IMG/VR virus record: IMGVR_UViG_3300034066_001046
Location: 1 to 30,862 of that record
Length of the DNA: 30,862 nt
Origin: a virus
Taxonomy: Duplodnaviria; Caudoviricetes
Reading direction: 5' to 3' (one strand)
Part shown: piece by piece, positions 1 through 8,726 of the stretch
Layout of the letters: each line of letters starts with the position of its first letter
How positions within the stretch are numbered: the first letter of the stretch is position 1
The notes under the pieces: generated by a model
What the model saw: only the letters and a program-made list of their open reading frames with translations
What the model was told of the DNA's origin: nothing
Database searches by the model: none
Translations under genes and position numbers: made by a program

Positions 1-1
1 A

Positions 2-1600
2 GTGATCCCCGGCAACGCGCCAGCCGCGGCCCGTCCCGACTTCAAGCGGCCGGAATACGTCGACTTGCAGCCCGCGCGGCGGCTGTCGCGCGCGATGATG
101 AGCGGCACGCGCGCTGTCCGTGCGCTCGGCACCGAGGCGCTGCCCAAGTGGCCCGCCGAAGAGCCCGCGTTCTATCGGCTGCGGGCCAAGATCGCGCAGG
201 TCACGCGCTACACCGCCCGCACCGTCGAAGCCGTCGTCGGCATGGTGGTCGGGACGCCGCCGACGCTTGCCGATGGCACCGACGCGCGCATCGTCGCCGA
301 TGCCGAGGACATCGATCGGCGCGGGACGCACTTCGACGTGTTCGCGCGCGATCTCACGCAGGAGGCCATCGTCGGCGGGCTGGCGGGGATTCTGGTGGAC
401 GCGCCGCCGGTCCCCGAGGGCATCCGTCTCACGCTGGAGAACGAGCAGCGCATGGGGCTCCGGCCGTATTGGGTGCTCGTGACGGCGGAACAGCTCGTGT
501 CCTGGGTGACCGAGTCGCCGGATTGGAGCCGGATCATGGCGGATTACGCGAGCGGGGCGCTTCGGGACGAGGATGTTGCGCGCCTCAGCACGCAGCAGAT
601 CGTGCGGCAGGTCGTGATCGCCGAGGTGACCAACGTGCGCGCGGGGGAGTTCGGCGTCGTGGCGCGGGATCGGTACCGCGTGCTCATGCTGACAGATCAG
701 GGCGTCCGCTTCCGCGTGTGGGAGCACGTGCCCGCGCTCGACGGGGCGGCCGAGCACTTCCGGCTGGTCAACGAGGGCGCGATGCTCGGCGCCGGCCGCC
801 GTGAGCTGCCCGCCATCCCGCTCGCCCTCGCGTACCCGAAGCGGCCGGCGGCGCCGTTCGTGAGTGAACCGGCCTCGCTGGCGATTGCCGAGCTCAACCT
901 CGACCATCACCAGATCACCACGGATCGCCGGTACCTCATCAAGCACACGCACTCGCCGACGCTGTACCTGTTCGGCGTGGATGCCGAGCGCGACGAGACC
1001 GGCCAAGAGAAGCCGATCCGCGTCGGCCCGAACAGCCTGATCCGCAGCCGCAACGCCGACGCGAAGATCGGGTATGCCGCGGCGTCGCCGGATGCGCTGG
1101 CCGCGTCGAAGGAAGAGCGGGACGAGATCGTCCGGCAGATCGCCGCCCTCGGAATGTCGTTCCTTGCCAAGGATCGGCAGAGCGGCGGGACGGAGACCGC
1201 CAAGGGGCGCGGGCTGGATCTGGCGGCCGAGAACGCCACGCACGCCACGATTTCGCGCGGCGTGCAGGATGCGCTGGAACAGGCGCTCATGTTCCACGGC
1301 CTCTACCGCGACTGCCCTGCCCCGTCGGTCGAGATGCACGCGGCCTACGCCGCCCCCGAGGTCGACCCGCAGATGGCGGGCGTGCTGTGGCAGGCGGTGA
1401 TCGCCGACAAGCTCGACGTCGATACCTGGCTAGCGTTCCTGCGGACGGGCAAGGTGCCGGAGTCGTTCAATTACGCCGACTACGCGGCGGATCTGGCGGC
1501 GGCTGGGGCGGCGGATCGGGAGGCCGAGGACGAGGCCGCCCGGCAGCTTGCAGGGGAAGGCGGCGCCGACCCCGGTGACAATCTGGACCCGGCGGCCTAG
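2..1600 (+). CDS. Portal protein (DUF4055 type)
   Basis: 532 aa. N-terminal motifs MSGTRAVR..LPKWPAEE..Y and T.RTV..VG are typical of DUF4055 portals; first gene of the head module. GTGA at 2-5 suggests coupling to an upstream gene (probably terminase), but the start sits at the window edge. Confidence 0.85.
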   Translation: MIPGNAPAAARPDFKRPEYVDLQPARRLSRAMMSGTRAVRALGTEALPKWPAEEPAFYRLRAKIAQVTRYTARTVEAVVGMVVGTPPTLADGTDARIVADAEDIDRRGTHFDVFARDLTQEAIVGGLAGILVDAPPVPEGIRLTLENEQRMGLRPYWVLVTAEQLVSWVTESPDWSRIMADYASGALRDEDVARLSTQQIVRQVVIAEVTNVRAGEFGVVARDRYRVLMLTDQGVRFRVWEHVPALDGAAEHFRLVNEGAMLGAGRRELPAIPLALAYPKRPAAPFVSEPASLAIAELNLDHHQITTDRRYLIKHTHSPTLYLFGVDAERDETGQEKPIRVGPNSLIRSRNADAKIGYAAASPDALAASKEERDEIVRQIAALGMSFLAKDRQSGGTETAKGRGLDLAAENATHATISRGVQDALEQALMFHGLYRDCPAPSVEMHAAYAAPEVDPQMAGVLWQAVIADKLDVDTWLAFLRTGKVPESFNYADYAADLAAAGAADREAEDEAARQLAGEGGADPGDNLDPAA

Positions 1601-1609
1601 TATGTCCCT

Positions 1610-1798
1610 ATGCACCGCCCCGAAGACGTCCAACGGACGCACGCAGTCGAAACCCTCGGCGGCCTGGCGCGCGAGATGGCGCATCCGGTCGCGGTGTTCT
1701 ATCGGGCGCTCCGGGACGAAGGGGTCGAGCGCGACGACGCACGGGCGCTCACGGGCGAGTTCATCGCGCACTTGCTGGGGCAGATTCCGAAGCCGTAG
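1610..1798 (+). CDS. Small hypothetical phage protein
   Basis: 62 aa, fills the gap between portal and head morphogenesis gene; helical FYRALRDEGVERDDARALT segment. Confidence 0.6.
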   Translation: MHRPEDVQRTHAVETLGGLAREMAHPVAVFYRALRDEGVERDDARALTGEFIAHLLGQIPKP

Positions 1799-1810
1799 CG
1801 CGCAGGAAAC

Positions 1811-2818
1811 ATGACCCCTGCCGAACGCGACCAGGTCCGCCTGCAGGAACTCGCCGCGCAGCTCGAACCAACGCTCCGTGCGGCGTTCCTGCGGTTCCTC
1901 AACAGCCTCAGACCGGACCAGCTCCCGGGGCTCATTGCGCGGCTCGAAGCCGGCGACGTGGCGGCCGTGGTCGACCTGATCTTCGGGACGGCGGCGGTGA
2001 CGTCAGCGACGGCGGCGCTCCGGTCGACGTTCGCCGAAACCATGTTGCGGCTCGTGCGCACCCGCGCCCGCGATCTGTCGGCGACGCTCCGGCTGACGGT
2101 CGAAGCGCCGGTCTTCTCGCCGACGCTGATCCAAGCCGTGCGCCGCTGGGAAGACGATGCGTTTCGGCGGGTGCTTGAGGATACCCGCGCCGGGCTGCGC
2201 GAGACGATCGCGGCGGAACTCGCGCGCGGCATCGGACCGCGGCAGGTCGCCGTCGCCCTGAAGAGCGACGTGTCGCTCGCGGGGCTGACGGCGTACGATG
2301 CCAAGATCGTGCAGAGCTTCCGCGCGGCGCTTGAGGAAGGGCGCGTCAAGGATGCCCTCGGCCGTGCGCTGCGGGATAAGCGGTTCGACAAGGCGCTCAC
2401 CGGCAAGTCGCTCACGCCCGCGCAGATCGAGAAGATGGTCGCCGCGTATCGGCGCAAGCTGGTAGCCTTCCGCGCCGACACGTTCGCGCGCACGGCTGCC
2501 ATACAGGCCGCCAACGAGGCGTCGTCCGAAAGCTGGCGCGCGGCCGTGGCGCAGGGCGCGATTCCGGCGGCCGAGGTGAAGCGGTACTGGATCGTCGCGC
2601 AGGACGAGCGGTTGTGCAAACTCTGTGAGCCGATCCCGCGAATGAACCCCGATGGCGTCGCGTTGGATGGGACGTTCATGACGCCGGTCGGGCCTCGCAT
2701 GACGGCGCCCGTTCATCCGTCGTGCCGGTGCAGCGTATACCTGAGACGCGAACGCGCCGGCGTCATCCGCGCCCCCCAGCCGGGTACGACCCGGCTCATT
2801 CTTCCTCGAGCCTCATGA
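1811..2818 (+). CDS. Head morphogenesis / minor head protein (Mu gpF, SPP1 gp7-like)
   Basis: C-terminal RADTFART...KRYWIVAQDERLCKLC...PVHPSCRC signature; follows the portal; AGGA upstream of the ATG. Confidence 0.88.
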   Translation: MTPAERDQVRLQELAAQLEPTLRAAFLRFLNSLRPDQLPGLIARLEAGDVAAVVDLIFGTAAVTSATAALRSTFAETMLRLVRTRARDLSATLRLTVEAPVFSPTLIQAVRRWEDDAFRRVLEDTRAGLRETIAAELARGIGPRQVAVALKSDVSLAGLTAYDAKIVQSFRAALEEGRVKDALGRALRDKRFDKALTGKSLTPAQIEKMVAAYRRKLVAFRADTFARTAAIQAANEASSESWRAAVAQGAIPAAEVKRYWIVAQDERLCKLCEPIPRMNPDGVALDGTFMTPVGPRMTAPVHPSCRCSVYLRRERAGVIRAPQPGTTRLILPRAS

Positions 2819-3060
2819 CCATGACCGAGCACGCCTTCGATCCGATCCCTGACGAGCAGGCCGAGCCTGACGCGGCGGTTGCAGTCGCCCCCAATGCCAC
2901 CGTGACCGTCAAGCAGCTGCGCGACGCCATCAAGTCTGGGCGCTGGGCCGACGACGAGCCCACGACCGAACTCTGGCTCAACACGTCGTTCCTGCCGGCA
3001 GGACGCGAGGCGTCCGAACTGATCGTCGAGCTGACAGCGCACGGCATCGCGTGTCGCTGA
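2815..3060 (+). CDS. Hypothetical protein (81 aa)
   Basis: ATGA overlap with the previous stop; acidic N-terminus; start reassigned from 2722. Confidence 0.6.
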   Translation: MTMTEHAFDPIPDEQAEPDAAVAVAPNATVTVKQLRDAIKSGRWADDEPTTELWLNTSFLPAGREASELIVELTAHGIACR

Positions 3061-3127
3061 CGGGGGCCGCTGTGGTCCCCGCTCTGGCCTCAGTCGCATT
3101 GGTTCGCGCGTGAAGAACGCGCACTGT
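3061..3127 (+). promoter_or_regulatory. Putative activator-dependent late promoter 1 (palindrome CGGGGGCC-N5-GGTCCCCG, -35 TTGGTT, -10 CACTGT)
   Basis: Palindrome at 3061-3081 has arms identical to 18738-18758; downstream sequences align without gaps; 17-bp spacer between 3099-3104 and 3122-3127. Confidence 0.65.
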
Positions 3128-3159
3128 TCGGCATCACCATCAACCCCTGAGGGGACACG

Positions 3160-3885
3160 ATGTCGCTCAAGATGTTCGAGTCACGAGATGCGGTGCCGGA
3201 CTCGCTGCGCGAATCCGCCATCGAGACGAAAGACGGCAAGTGGGCTGTCGCCGATGTCGAGGGCTTGAAGTCCTCGCAGACGCGGCTGCTCGACGAGAAG
3301 AAGAAGCTCCAGGACGAATACGAGAGCATGAAGCGCTCGCTTGGTGGCCTCTCGCCGGAGCAGATCGCGAAGTACCGCGAGGATATGCAGCGCCTCGAAG
3401 ATGACGCCGCGCGCAAGGCCGGCGACTTTGACAAGCTGCTCGAAAAGCGCATCGGGGAGACCCGCGCCGACTACGAGAAGCGCCTCGGTGACGCGGAGCA
3501 GTACAAGACGAAGTATGTCGACCGCGAGATCGAGTTCGCGATTCGCGACGCGGCCATCAAGGCAGGGGTGCCGCAGGAAGACCTGCCGTACGTGGTGGAC
3601 CTGCACAAGGGGCGCCGCGTGCGCTACGACGAGAAGTCGGGCAAGCCCGTCGTGTACGACAAGGACGGCGATCCGACCGGCCTGACGGTGGAGAAGTTCT
3701 ACGCCGATGTGTTCAAGGCCGAAGCGCCGAAGTTCTACGGACCCACGGGCGGCAGCGGCGGCGGCGCGTCCACCGGTGGCGGCGGGCGCGTGCCCGCGGG
3801 ACAGGTCGCCGCGACCGATCAGGCAGGGTTCCTCTCGAACCTCGACAAGATCGCAAAGGGGCAGATCAAGGTCGCCACGACCTAA
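3160..3885 (+). CDS. Capsid scaffolding protein
   Basis: 241 aa, charged coiled coil (GLKSSQTRLLDEKKKLQ), Gly-rich linker GGSGGGA and short C-terminal helix; directly before the capsid gene; SD GAGGGG. Confidence 0.85.
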   Translation: MSLKMFESRDAVPDSLRESAIETKDGKWAVADVEGLKSSQTRLLDEKKKLQDEYESMKRSLGGLSPEQIAKYREDMQRLEDDAARKAGDFDKLLEKRIGETRADYEKRLGDAEQYKTKYVDREIEFAIRDAAIKAGVPQEDLPYVVDLHKGRRVRYDEKSGKPVVYDKDGDPTGLTVEKFYADVFKAEAPKFYGPTGGSGGGASTGGGGRVPAGQVAATDQAGFLSNLDKIAKGQIKVATT

Positions 3886-3889
3886 CGTG

Positions 3890-4030
3890 GCCGCGTCGCG
3901 CTGAGCGCGGCGGGTAGGACGACAGTGCTGTAGGGCAGCGTCGCGCTGGGCGCGTGCTGATTCGCTCTCCCTCGGGAGGGTGCGTCTGTGCGCGTGCAGC
4001 GCGACGGCATTCGGCCATCGCACACGCGCG
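3890..4030 (+). other. Structured intergenic leader between scaffold and capsid genes
   Basis: 17-nt direct repeat (3893-3909, 3938-3954, 16/17 identical); 10-bp inverted repeat 3939-3948 / 3997-4006 enclosing further stems. Confidence 0.5.
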
Positions 4031-4054
4031 AACTCGATACTGAGGACTCGCTCG

Positions 4055-5209
4055 ATGCCGAACCTATTTACCGATGTTGTCCCGATTCTCGTCGCACAGG
4101 GCCTGCAGACCTTGCGCGCCGCGTGCGTCATGCCCCGCCTCGTCAACACGGATTACAGCAACACCCCCGCCAACCAGGGCGACGTGGTGAACCTGTACAT
4201 CCCGTCCGCGCAGACCGTCACGGACGTTTCCGCGACGGCGGCGCCGTTTCAGGCGCCCGACGCGCAGCCCGTGCGCTCGCCCATCCCGCTCAACCGCTGG
4301 CGCCGGTCGGGGTTCTACCTGACCGACAAGGAGCAGGAAGAGATCGTCGGCGGCATCCAGTCCCGCCAGACGGCCGAAGCCGTGAAGGCGCTCGCGCAGG
4401 ACATCAACGCGTTCATCTTCTCGCGGTACACCCGCGTCTTCGGCTTCGTCGGCACCGCCGGGACGACGCCGTTCGCGTCGGATGTCACGGGCGCCACGAA
4501 CGCCCGCGCTCAGCTCAACCGGCAGACGGTGCCGCTCGCGGATCGTCGTCTCGTGCTCGACGTGAACGCCGAAGCCAACGCGCTCGCGTTGCCGGCCTTC
4601 GCGCAGGCGCAGCAGATCGGCAGCGCCACGACGGTGATCGAAGGCACGCTCGGCCGCCGCTACGGCTTCGATGTGGCGATGGACCAGCAGGTCCCCACGC
4701 ACGTCTCGACGGTGCTGACGGCGGGTGCCGCCACGGCGAACGGTGTGCAGGCCGTAAACGCCGGTTCCAGCGACGGCGGCCGGACGGGGACGGTGTCGAT
4801 CGCCAAGGCGACCAACACCTCGCCGCTCGTCGCGGGCGACATCATCTCGTTCGCGGGCGACCCGAACACGTACGTCGTGACGGCCAACACGACGCTGATC
4901 GTGGGGAACACCACGGTCCCGATCGCGCCGGCCCTGCAGGTCGCCAAGGCTGGCGGCGAAGCGGTGACGCTCCGCGCCTCGCACGTCGTCAACCTCGCGT
5001 TCCACCGCGACGCCTTCGGCTTCGTCTCGCGCCCGCTGCAGACCAGCAGCCAGAACGTCGCCGAGATGATGAGCGTCGCCGACCCCGTCTCGGGTGTGGC
5101 GCTGCGCCTCGAAGTCGTGCGCCAGAACAAGCAGACCCTCTTCGACTTCGACGTGCTCTACGGCGCCGCGTGCGTCCGTCCGGAGCTCGCCGTCCGTCTC
5201 GCGGGCTGA
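4055..5209 (+). CDS. Major capsid protein, P22 gp5 coat family (HK97 fold with insertion domain)
   Basis: 384 aa from ATG 4055 (SD GAGGA at 4042). Motifs RLVNTDY, GDVVNLYIP, NLAFHRDAF...SRPL and FDVLYGA...RPELAVRL, plus an inserted beta domain (AGDIISFAG..YVVTA). Confidence 0.92.
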   Translation: MPNLFTDVVPILVAQGLQTLRAACVMPRLVNTDYSNTPANQGDVVNLYIPSAQTVTDVSATAAPFQAPDAQPVRSPIPLNRWRRSGFYLTDKEQEEIVGGIQSRQTAEAVKALAQDINAFIFSRYTRVFGFVGTAGTTPFASDVTGATNARAQLNRQTVPLADRRLVLDVNAEANALALPAFAQAQQIGSATTVIEGTLGRRYGFDVAMDQQVPTHVSTVLTAGAATANGVQAVNAGSSDGGRTGTVSIAKATNTSPLVAGDIISFAGDPNTYVVTANTTLIVGNTTVPIAPALQVAKAGGEAVTLRASHVVNLAFHRDAFGFVSRPLQTSSQNVAEMMSVADPVSGVALRLEVVRQNKQTLFDFDVLYGAACVRPELAVRLAG

Positions 5210-5219
5210 CCCTGATCGT

Positions 5220-5260
5220 CGGGGCGCGTCATCCGGCGCGCCCCGCTGTCCTCTCTCTCC
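5220..5260 (+). other. GC-rich hairpin plus pyrimidine tract after the capsid gene
   Basis: CGGGGCGCG 5220-5228 pairs with CGCGCCCCG 5237-5245, followed by CTGTCCTCTCTCTCC. Confidence 0.5.
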
Positions 5261-5269
5261 GAGCCGCTC

Positions 5270-5437
5270 ATGTCTGACTTTACCCCTGCCCTCGTCACGC
5301 CGCAGCCGGCGCCCGCGACGCTCAAGATCGCCAGCGACGACACCGAGGCGGGCTTCATCATCATCAACGCGTCGGACTTCAATGCCGCGACGATGACCGA
5401 GTACGTCGCCGAGCCCGCCAAGGCGAAGGCGAGGTAA
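5270..5437 (+). CDS. Small head-associated protein (55 aa, not in the ORF track)
   Basis: Hand translation MSDFTPALVTPQPAPATLKIASDDTEAGFIIINASDFNAATMTEYVAEPAKAKAR; the G.IIINASDF motif is typical of small genes after capsid genes; ends 3 nt before the next ATG. Confidence 0.7.
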   Translation: MSDFTPALVTPQPAPATLKIASDDTEAGFIIINASDFNAATMTEYVAEPAKAKAR

Positions 5438-5440
5438 CTC

Positions 5441-5938
5441 ATGCCGCTCACGCTGATCCCCGAGACCGGCGCCGGCCTCGCGAACGCCAACACGTTTGCG
5501 ACGCGGGCGCAGGTCACGACGGCGCTCGAAGCGTCGCCGTTCGGGGACGCGTGGGCGGGCGTGGACGTCATCAAGCAGGACCAGTGTATTGCCGAAGCGT
5601 CGGCGGTGCTCACGCGCCTCAACTGGCTCGGGACGCGCACCATCGACGGACAGGCGCTGGCGTGGCCGCGCGCGTGGATGGAAACGCCCGACGGCTACGC
5701 GATCGCGTCGAATGTCATCCCGGCGTTCGTGCTCGATGCCACGGCACGGCTCGCGTTCTGGCTCTCGCAGCTCGGCGCGACGCCGTACAACGGCAACGGG
5801 CTGAAGCCGGGAACGGAACTCGCGCTCCCTGGCGGCTTGCGTCTCACCCCCGACGGCGGCTTCACGATCCCGGCCGATGTCTTGGCGATCGTGCGGCCGT
5901 ACCTGCAGCCCAACGGCCGCGTGGAGTGGGGCTCGTGA
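5441..5938 (+). CDS. Head-tail adaptor (DnaT-like family of siphophage head completion proteins)
   Basis: LIPETGAGLANANTFAT and W.GTR....QALAWPR motifs; position after the capsid gene. Confidence 0.85.
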   Translation: MPLTLIPETGAGLANANTFATRAQVTTALEASPFGDAWAGVDVIKQDQCIAEASAVLTRLNWLGTRTIDGQALAWPRAWMETPDGYAIASNVIPAFVLDATARLAFWLSQLGATPYNGNGLKPGTELALPGGLRLTPDGGFTIPADVLAIVRPYLQPNGRVEWGS

Positions 5939-6300
5939 GTCTTGATCTCGCGGCCATCACACAGAACGCCCTCGGCGCCGCCTCGAAGGCCGGCGTTACC
6001 GCGTCCTGCGTCATCACCCGCCCTGCCCCGCCGCCCAATCCACTCACCGGGACGCAGAGTGGCAGCGCGACGACGCAGACGGTCCGCGCCGTCCCGACCG
6101 ATGCGCGTCGCCTGTTGCGGGCCAGTGACGCGGCGTGGGCGCAGTCTCGCGTCTCGCTGTTCGTCGCGTTTAACGATGTGACCTTCACGCCGCAGGTTGG
6201 CGATACGGCCACGTTCAACGGGGCGACGATGCGCGTGACCGTGGTCGATACGTACGCACCGGCGGGGGCGCCGATCGCGTTCCTGTTGGGGCTCGGCTGA
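5935..6300 (+). CDS. Head closure / head-tail joining protein
   Basis: 121 aa from GTG (GTGA overlap); beta-rich with FTPQVGDTATFNG..MRV; syntenic position. Confidence 0.75.
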   Translation: MSLDLAAITQNALGAASKAGVTASCVITRPAPPPNPLTGTQSGSATTQTVRAVPTDARRLLRASDAAWAQSRVSLFVAFNDVTFTPQVGDTATFNGATMRVTVVDTYAPAGAPIAFLLGLG

Positions 6301-6788
6301 TGGCCGACGCCCTTTGGAGCTTTCAGGCGGAGCTGCGCGTCTTCGGGCGTGCGGATGTCTCCGGGCGGGCCACCATCGCCCTGCAGGAAGCCGCGCAGAC
6401 CACGGCGGAAGCGGTCGTGATTGGCAACGCGTTCGGACCAGGCACGCCGCTGGACACGGGCTTTTTGCGCGCGTCGTTTCGCGTCGCCAAGACCTCGCCG
6501 AACGATGGCCCGAGCGTGCGGCCGCCGACGCCGGGACGCAAGGACGGCGATCCGGCGATCTACCCGAACACGGTCGACACGGCCGCCGCGGCCGCGGCCC
6601 AACTCGGTGACCGTGTCTATGTCACGACAATGGCCGAGTATGCCACGTACCTTGAGGCAGGCGGCATGACGCGCCGCAACGGTCCGCCGGAGAATGTCGG
6701 CACCCCGACGCCGTTCGTGGCGCCGGTCGAAGCGCGCTGGCCGCAGATCCTCGACGACGCGGCCCGCCGCGCAGGCTACGGCACGTAA
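6300..6788 (+). CDS. Neck protein, HK97 gp10-like
   Basis: TPLDTGFLRASF and YATYLEAG motifs. Confidence 0.82.
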   Translation: MADALWSFQAELRVFGRADVSGRATIALQEAAQTTAEAVVIGNAFGPGTPLDTGFLRASFRVAKTSPNDGPSVRPPTPGRKDGDPAIYPNTVDTAAAAAAQLGDRVYVTTMAEYATYLEAGGMTRRNGPPENVGTPTPFVAPVEARWPQILDDAARRAGYGT

Positions 6789-7201
6789 TGCCGACCAACT
6801 GGGGCGACGCGCTGCTGCAGGCGCTGCGGACGCGGCTCGTCACGGTGAGCGGCTTGCCGACCGAACGCCGCTGGCAGAACACGAGCGGCACGCCGTCGCC
6901 GACCGCGCCCTTCGTCGAAGACGCCTTCGTCACCATTGACAGCGAGCCGATGGAGTGCGGCCCCACGGCGCGAATGCGGACGAATGTCACGTACCGCGTG
7001 AGCATCCGCGTCCCCATCGGCACCGACGCGCACAGCGCGAGCAGTGTGGGGGCGGCCGTCGTGTCGGCCTTTGAGGGCTCCACGCTCACCGTCGACGGCG
7101 AGCCGTGCGAGCTCGAAAGCGCGCGCATGGGGCCGTCGATCACCGAACCGCAGTGGCTGCACATGCCGGTCTATCTCTCTCTCACGTTCGACCACGCGTA
7201 A
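6788..7201 (+). CDS. Tail terminator protein
   Basis: 137 aa, WQNT..TP...PFV and YRVSIRVPIGT; sits immediately before the tail tube gene; TAATG overlap. Confidence 0.78.
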   Translation: MPTNWGDALLQALRTRLVTVSGLPTERRWQNTSGTPSPTAPFVEDAFVTIDSEPMECGPTARMRTNVTYRVSIRVPIGTDAHSASSVGAAVVSAFEGSTLTVDGEPCELESARMGPSITEPQWLHMPVYLSLTFDHA

Positions 7202-7213
7202 CCGAGGACTCTC

Positions 7214-8152
7214 ATGCCATTGAACGCCACCGCACGCGGCTACCGCGTCGCGTACCTCAAGGAAGTCACGCAGGGCACCACGCCCGCCACGGCCCCGACG
7301 CTGCTCCGCACCACGGGCGGCGGCATGAAGATCGCGGCCAGCACGGTCGAATCCGAAGAGGTGCAGCTCGTTGAAGTGCCCGACGTGATTCGCACGAACG
7401 TCGACGGCACGGGCTCGATCAACTTCGAGTACAGCTACGGCGGCATTCACCCGCTGCTCGAAGCGCTGTTCGGCGGCGCCTGGACAACAAACGTCCTGCG
7501 CGTCGGCACGACGCCGTCGTTCTTCACCATCGAAGATCAGTTCACCGACGTCTCGCGATTCCTGAACTCGAAGGGCTGCCTGATCGAAAGCATCTCGATC
7601 ACGCTCGCGCAGGGTCAGAAAATCACCGGCACGATCAACTACCGCGCGCTGACGCCGCCGACGGCGATGGCGAGCGCGACGGTGTTCGGCGCCGCGCCCA
7701 ACGCCGCGCCTACGAACCCGATCATGTCGCCGGTTGGCTCGGTGCGGCTCATTCAAGAAGGCGGCGCGCTGGACCTCGGCCCTGCGGGCATCGGCACGGT
7801 CGGCTTCACGATCAACATGAGCCGCCCGGGCATCGCGCAGCCGCAGCTGGGGAGCACGGCGCTGTCTGGCCTCGACATGGGCACGTTCGTCTGCACGGGC
7901 TCGGTCTCGCTGTATATGCCCGCCGGTGCGTCGGCCATCATGGACAAGTACCTGAGCGATACGGCGACCTCGCTGGCGCTCACGCTCGGCGGCGCCTCGA
8001 CGCTCCGCGATGCGTACCTGTTCTCGAACGTCAAGTTCACCGACGGCGGCCCGACGGAAATGAGCCGCAACAGCGTCGCGAACCTGAACCTGAACTGGCA
8101 GGCGCTCGTGTCGTCGCCCAACACGACGGCGCAGATCACGCGCACCCCGTAA
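7214..8152 (+). CDS. Major tail tube protein
   Basis: VAYLKEVTQGTTP, LRTTG, ESEE, GSINFEYSYG, LLEALFGGAW and FTIEDQF motifs; SD GAGGA. Confidence 0.88.
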   Translation: MPLNATARGYRVAYLKEVTQGTTPATAPTLLRTTGGGMKIAASTVESEEVQLVEVPDVIRTNVDGTGSINFEYSYGGIHPLLEALFGGAWTTNVLRVGTTPSFFTIEDQFTDVSRFLNSKGCLIESISITLAQGQKITGTINYRALTPPTAMASATVFGAAPNAAPTNPIMSPVGSVRLIQEGGALDLGPAGIGTVGFTINMSRPGIAQPQLGSTALSGLDMGTFVCTGSVSLYMPAGASAIMDKYLSDTATSLALTLGGASTLRDAYLFSNVKFTDGGPTEMSRNSVANLNLNWQALVSSPNTTAQITRTP

Positions 8153-8159
8153 ACCTCTC

Positions 8160-8198
8160 GCGGGGGCGGCGATGGTCGCCCCCGCTCCTCTTTCTCCC
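8160..8198 (+). other. GC-rich hairpin plus pyrimidine tract after the tail tube gene
   Basis: 11-bp stem 8160-8170 / 8175-8185 with GATG loop, then TCCTCTTTCTCCC. Confidence 0.5.
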
Positions 8199-8219
8199 GC
8201 GCGATGCGCGAGGCTGTGT

Positions 8220-8726
8220 ATGGCGAAGATTGGCACGCTCAAGCTCAAGACGAAGGCCGATGCCGGCGCGACGATGGTTGTCCGCGATCCGTTCGGCGAG
8301 ACGGGCGAGGACGGCGAGTCCCCGGCGCTGCTGGCGGCCGACGGCACGCCCGCAACGCTTACCCTGCTCGGCGCGGACAGCGACACGGCGCGCACGCTGG
8401 ATTTCCGGCGCGCGGCGGCGGCGCAGAACCGCCTCTATGCGACCATGAACAGCAAGGCGAAGAAGGGCGCCGTCGTCACCGCCGAAGACGTGGCCGATCA
8501 GGCGGCGCACGATCTTGAGCGGTTGGTCACGCTCACCGTGGGCTGGCACGGCTTCGAGGATGAGGCGGGCGAGCCGCTGCCGTTCACGGCGGACGCGATC
8601 CGCGATCTCTACGCCGAGAACCCGTTCATCCGCGAGCAGGCGCTGGTGTTCGTGAGTGACCGTGCCCGTTTTTTCGCCCCGTCCTCGACGCCTTCCGCGC
8701 CTTCGTCGAGCACCATTTCCGGCTGA
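8220..8726 (+). CDS. Tail assembly chaperone (gpG analogue)
   Basis: 168 aa from ATG 8220; LLGADSD, LTVGWHG, PFT..AIRDLY..NPFIREQ..FV.DRARFF; lies between tube and tape measure. Confidence 0.85.
   Translation: MAKIGTLKLKTKADAGATMVVRDPFGETGEDGESPALLAADGTPATLTLLGADSDTARTLDFRRAAAAQNRLYATMNSKAKKGAVVTAEDVADQAAHDLERLVTLTVGWHGFEDEAGEPLPFTADAIRDLYAENPFIREQALVFVSDRARFFAPSSTPSAPSSSTISG

Noticed and set aside
409-416. Further GGTCCCCG / GGGGACC half-sites (409, about 15926, 24064, 28082)
   Set aside because: They lack the partner arm at 5-nt spacing and lie in coding or SD sequence.
3980-4054. Upstream starts given by the ORF track (capsid 3980, chaperone 8172, sigma 20766, others)
   Set aside because: Downstream starts have SD sequences or stop-start overlaps, and the extensions run through hairpins or other genes.
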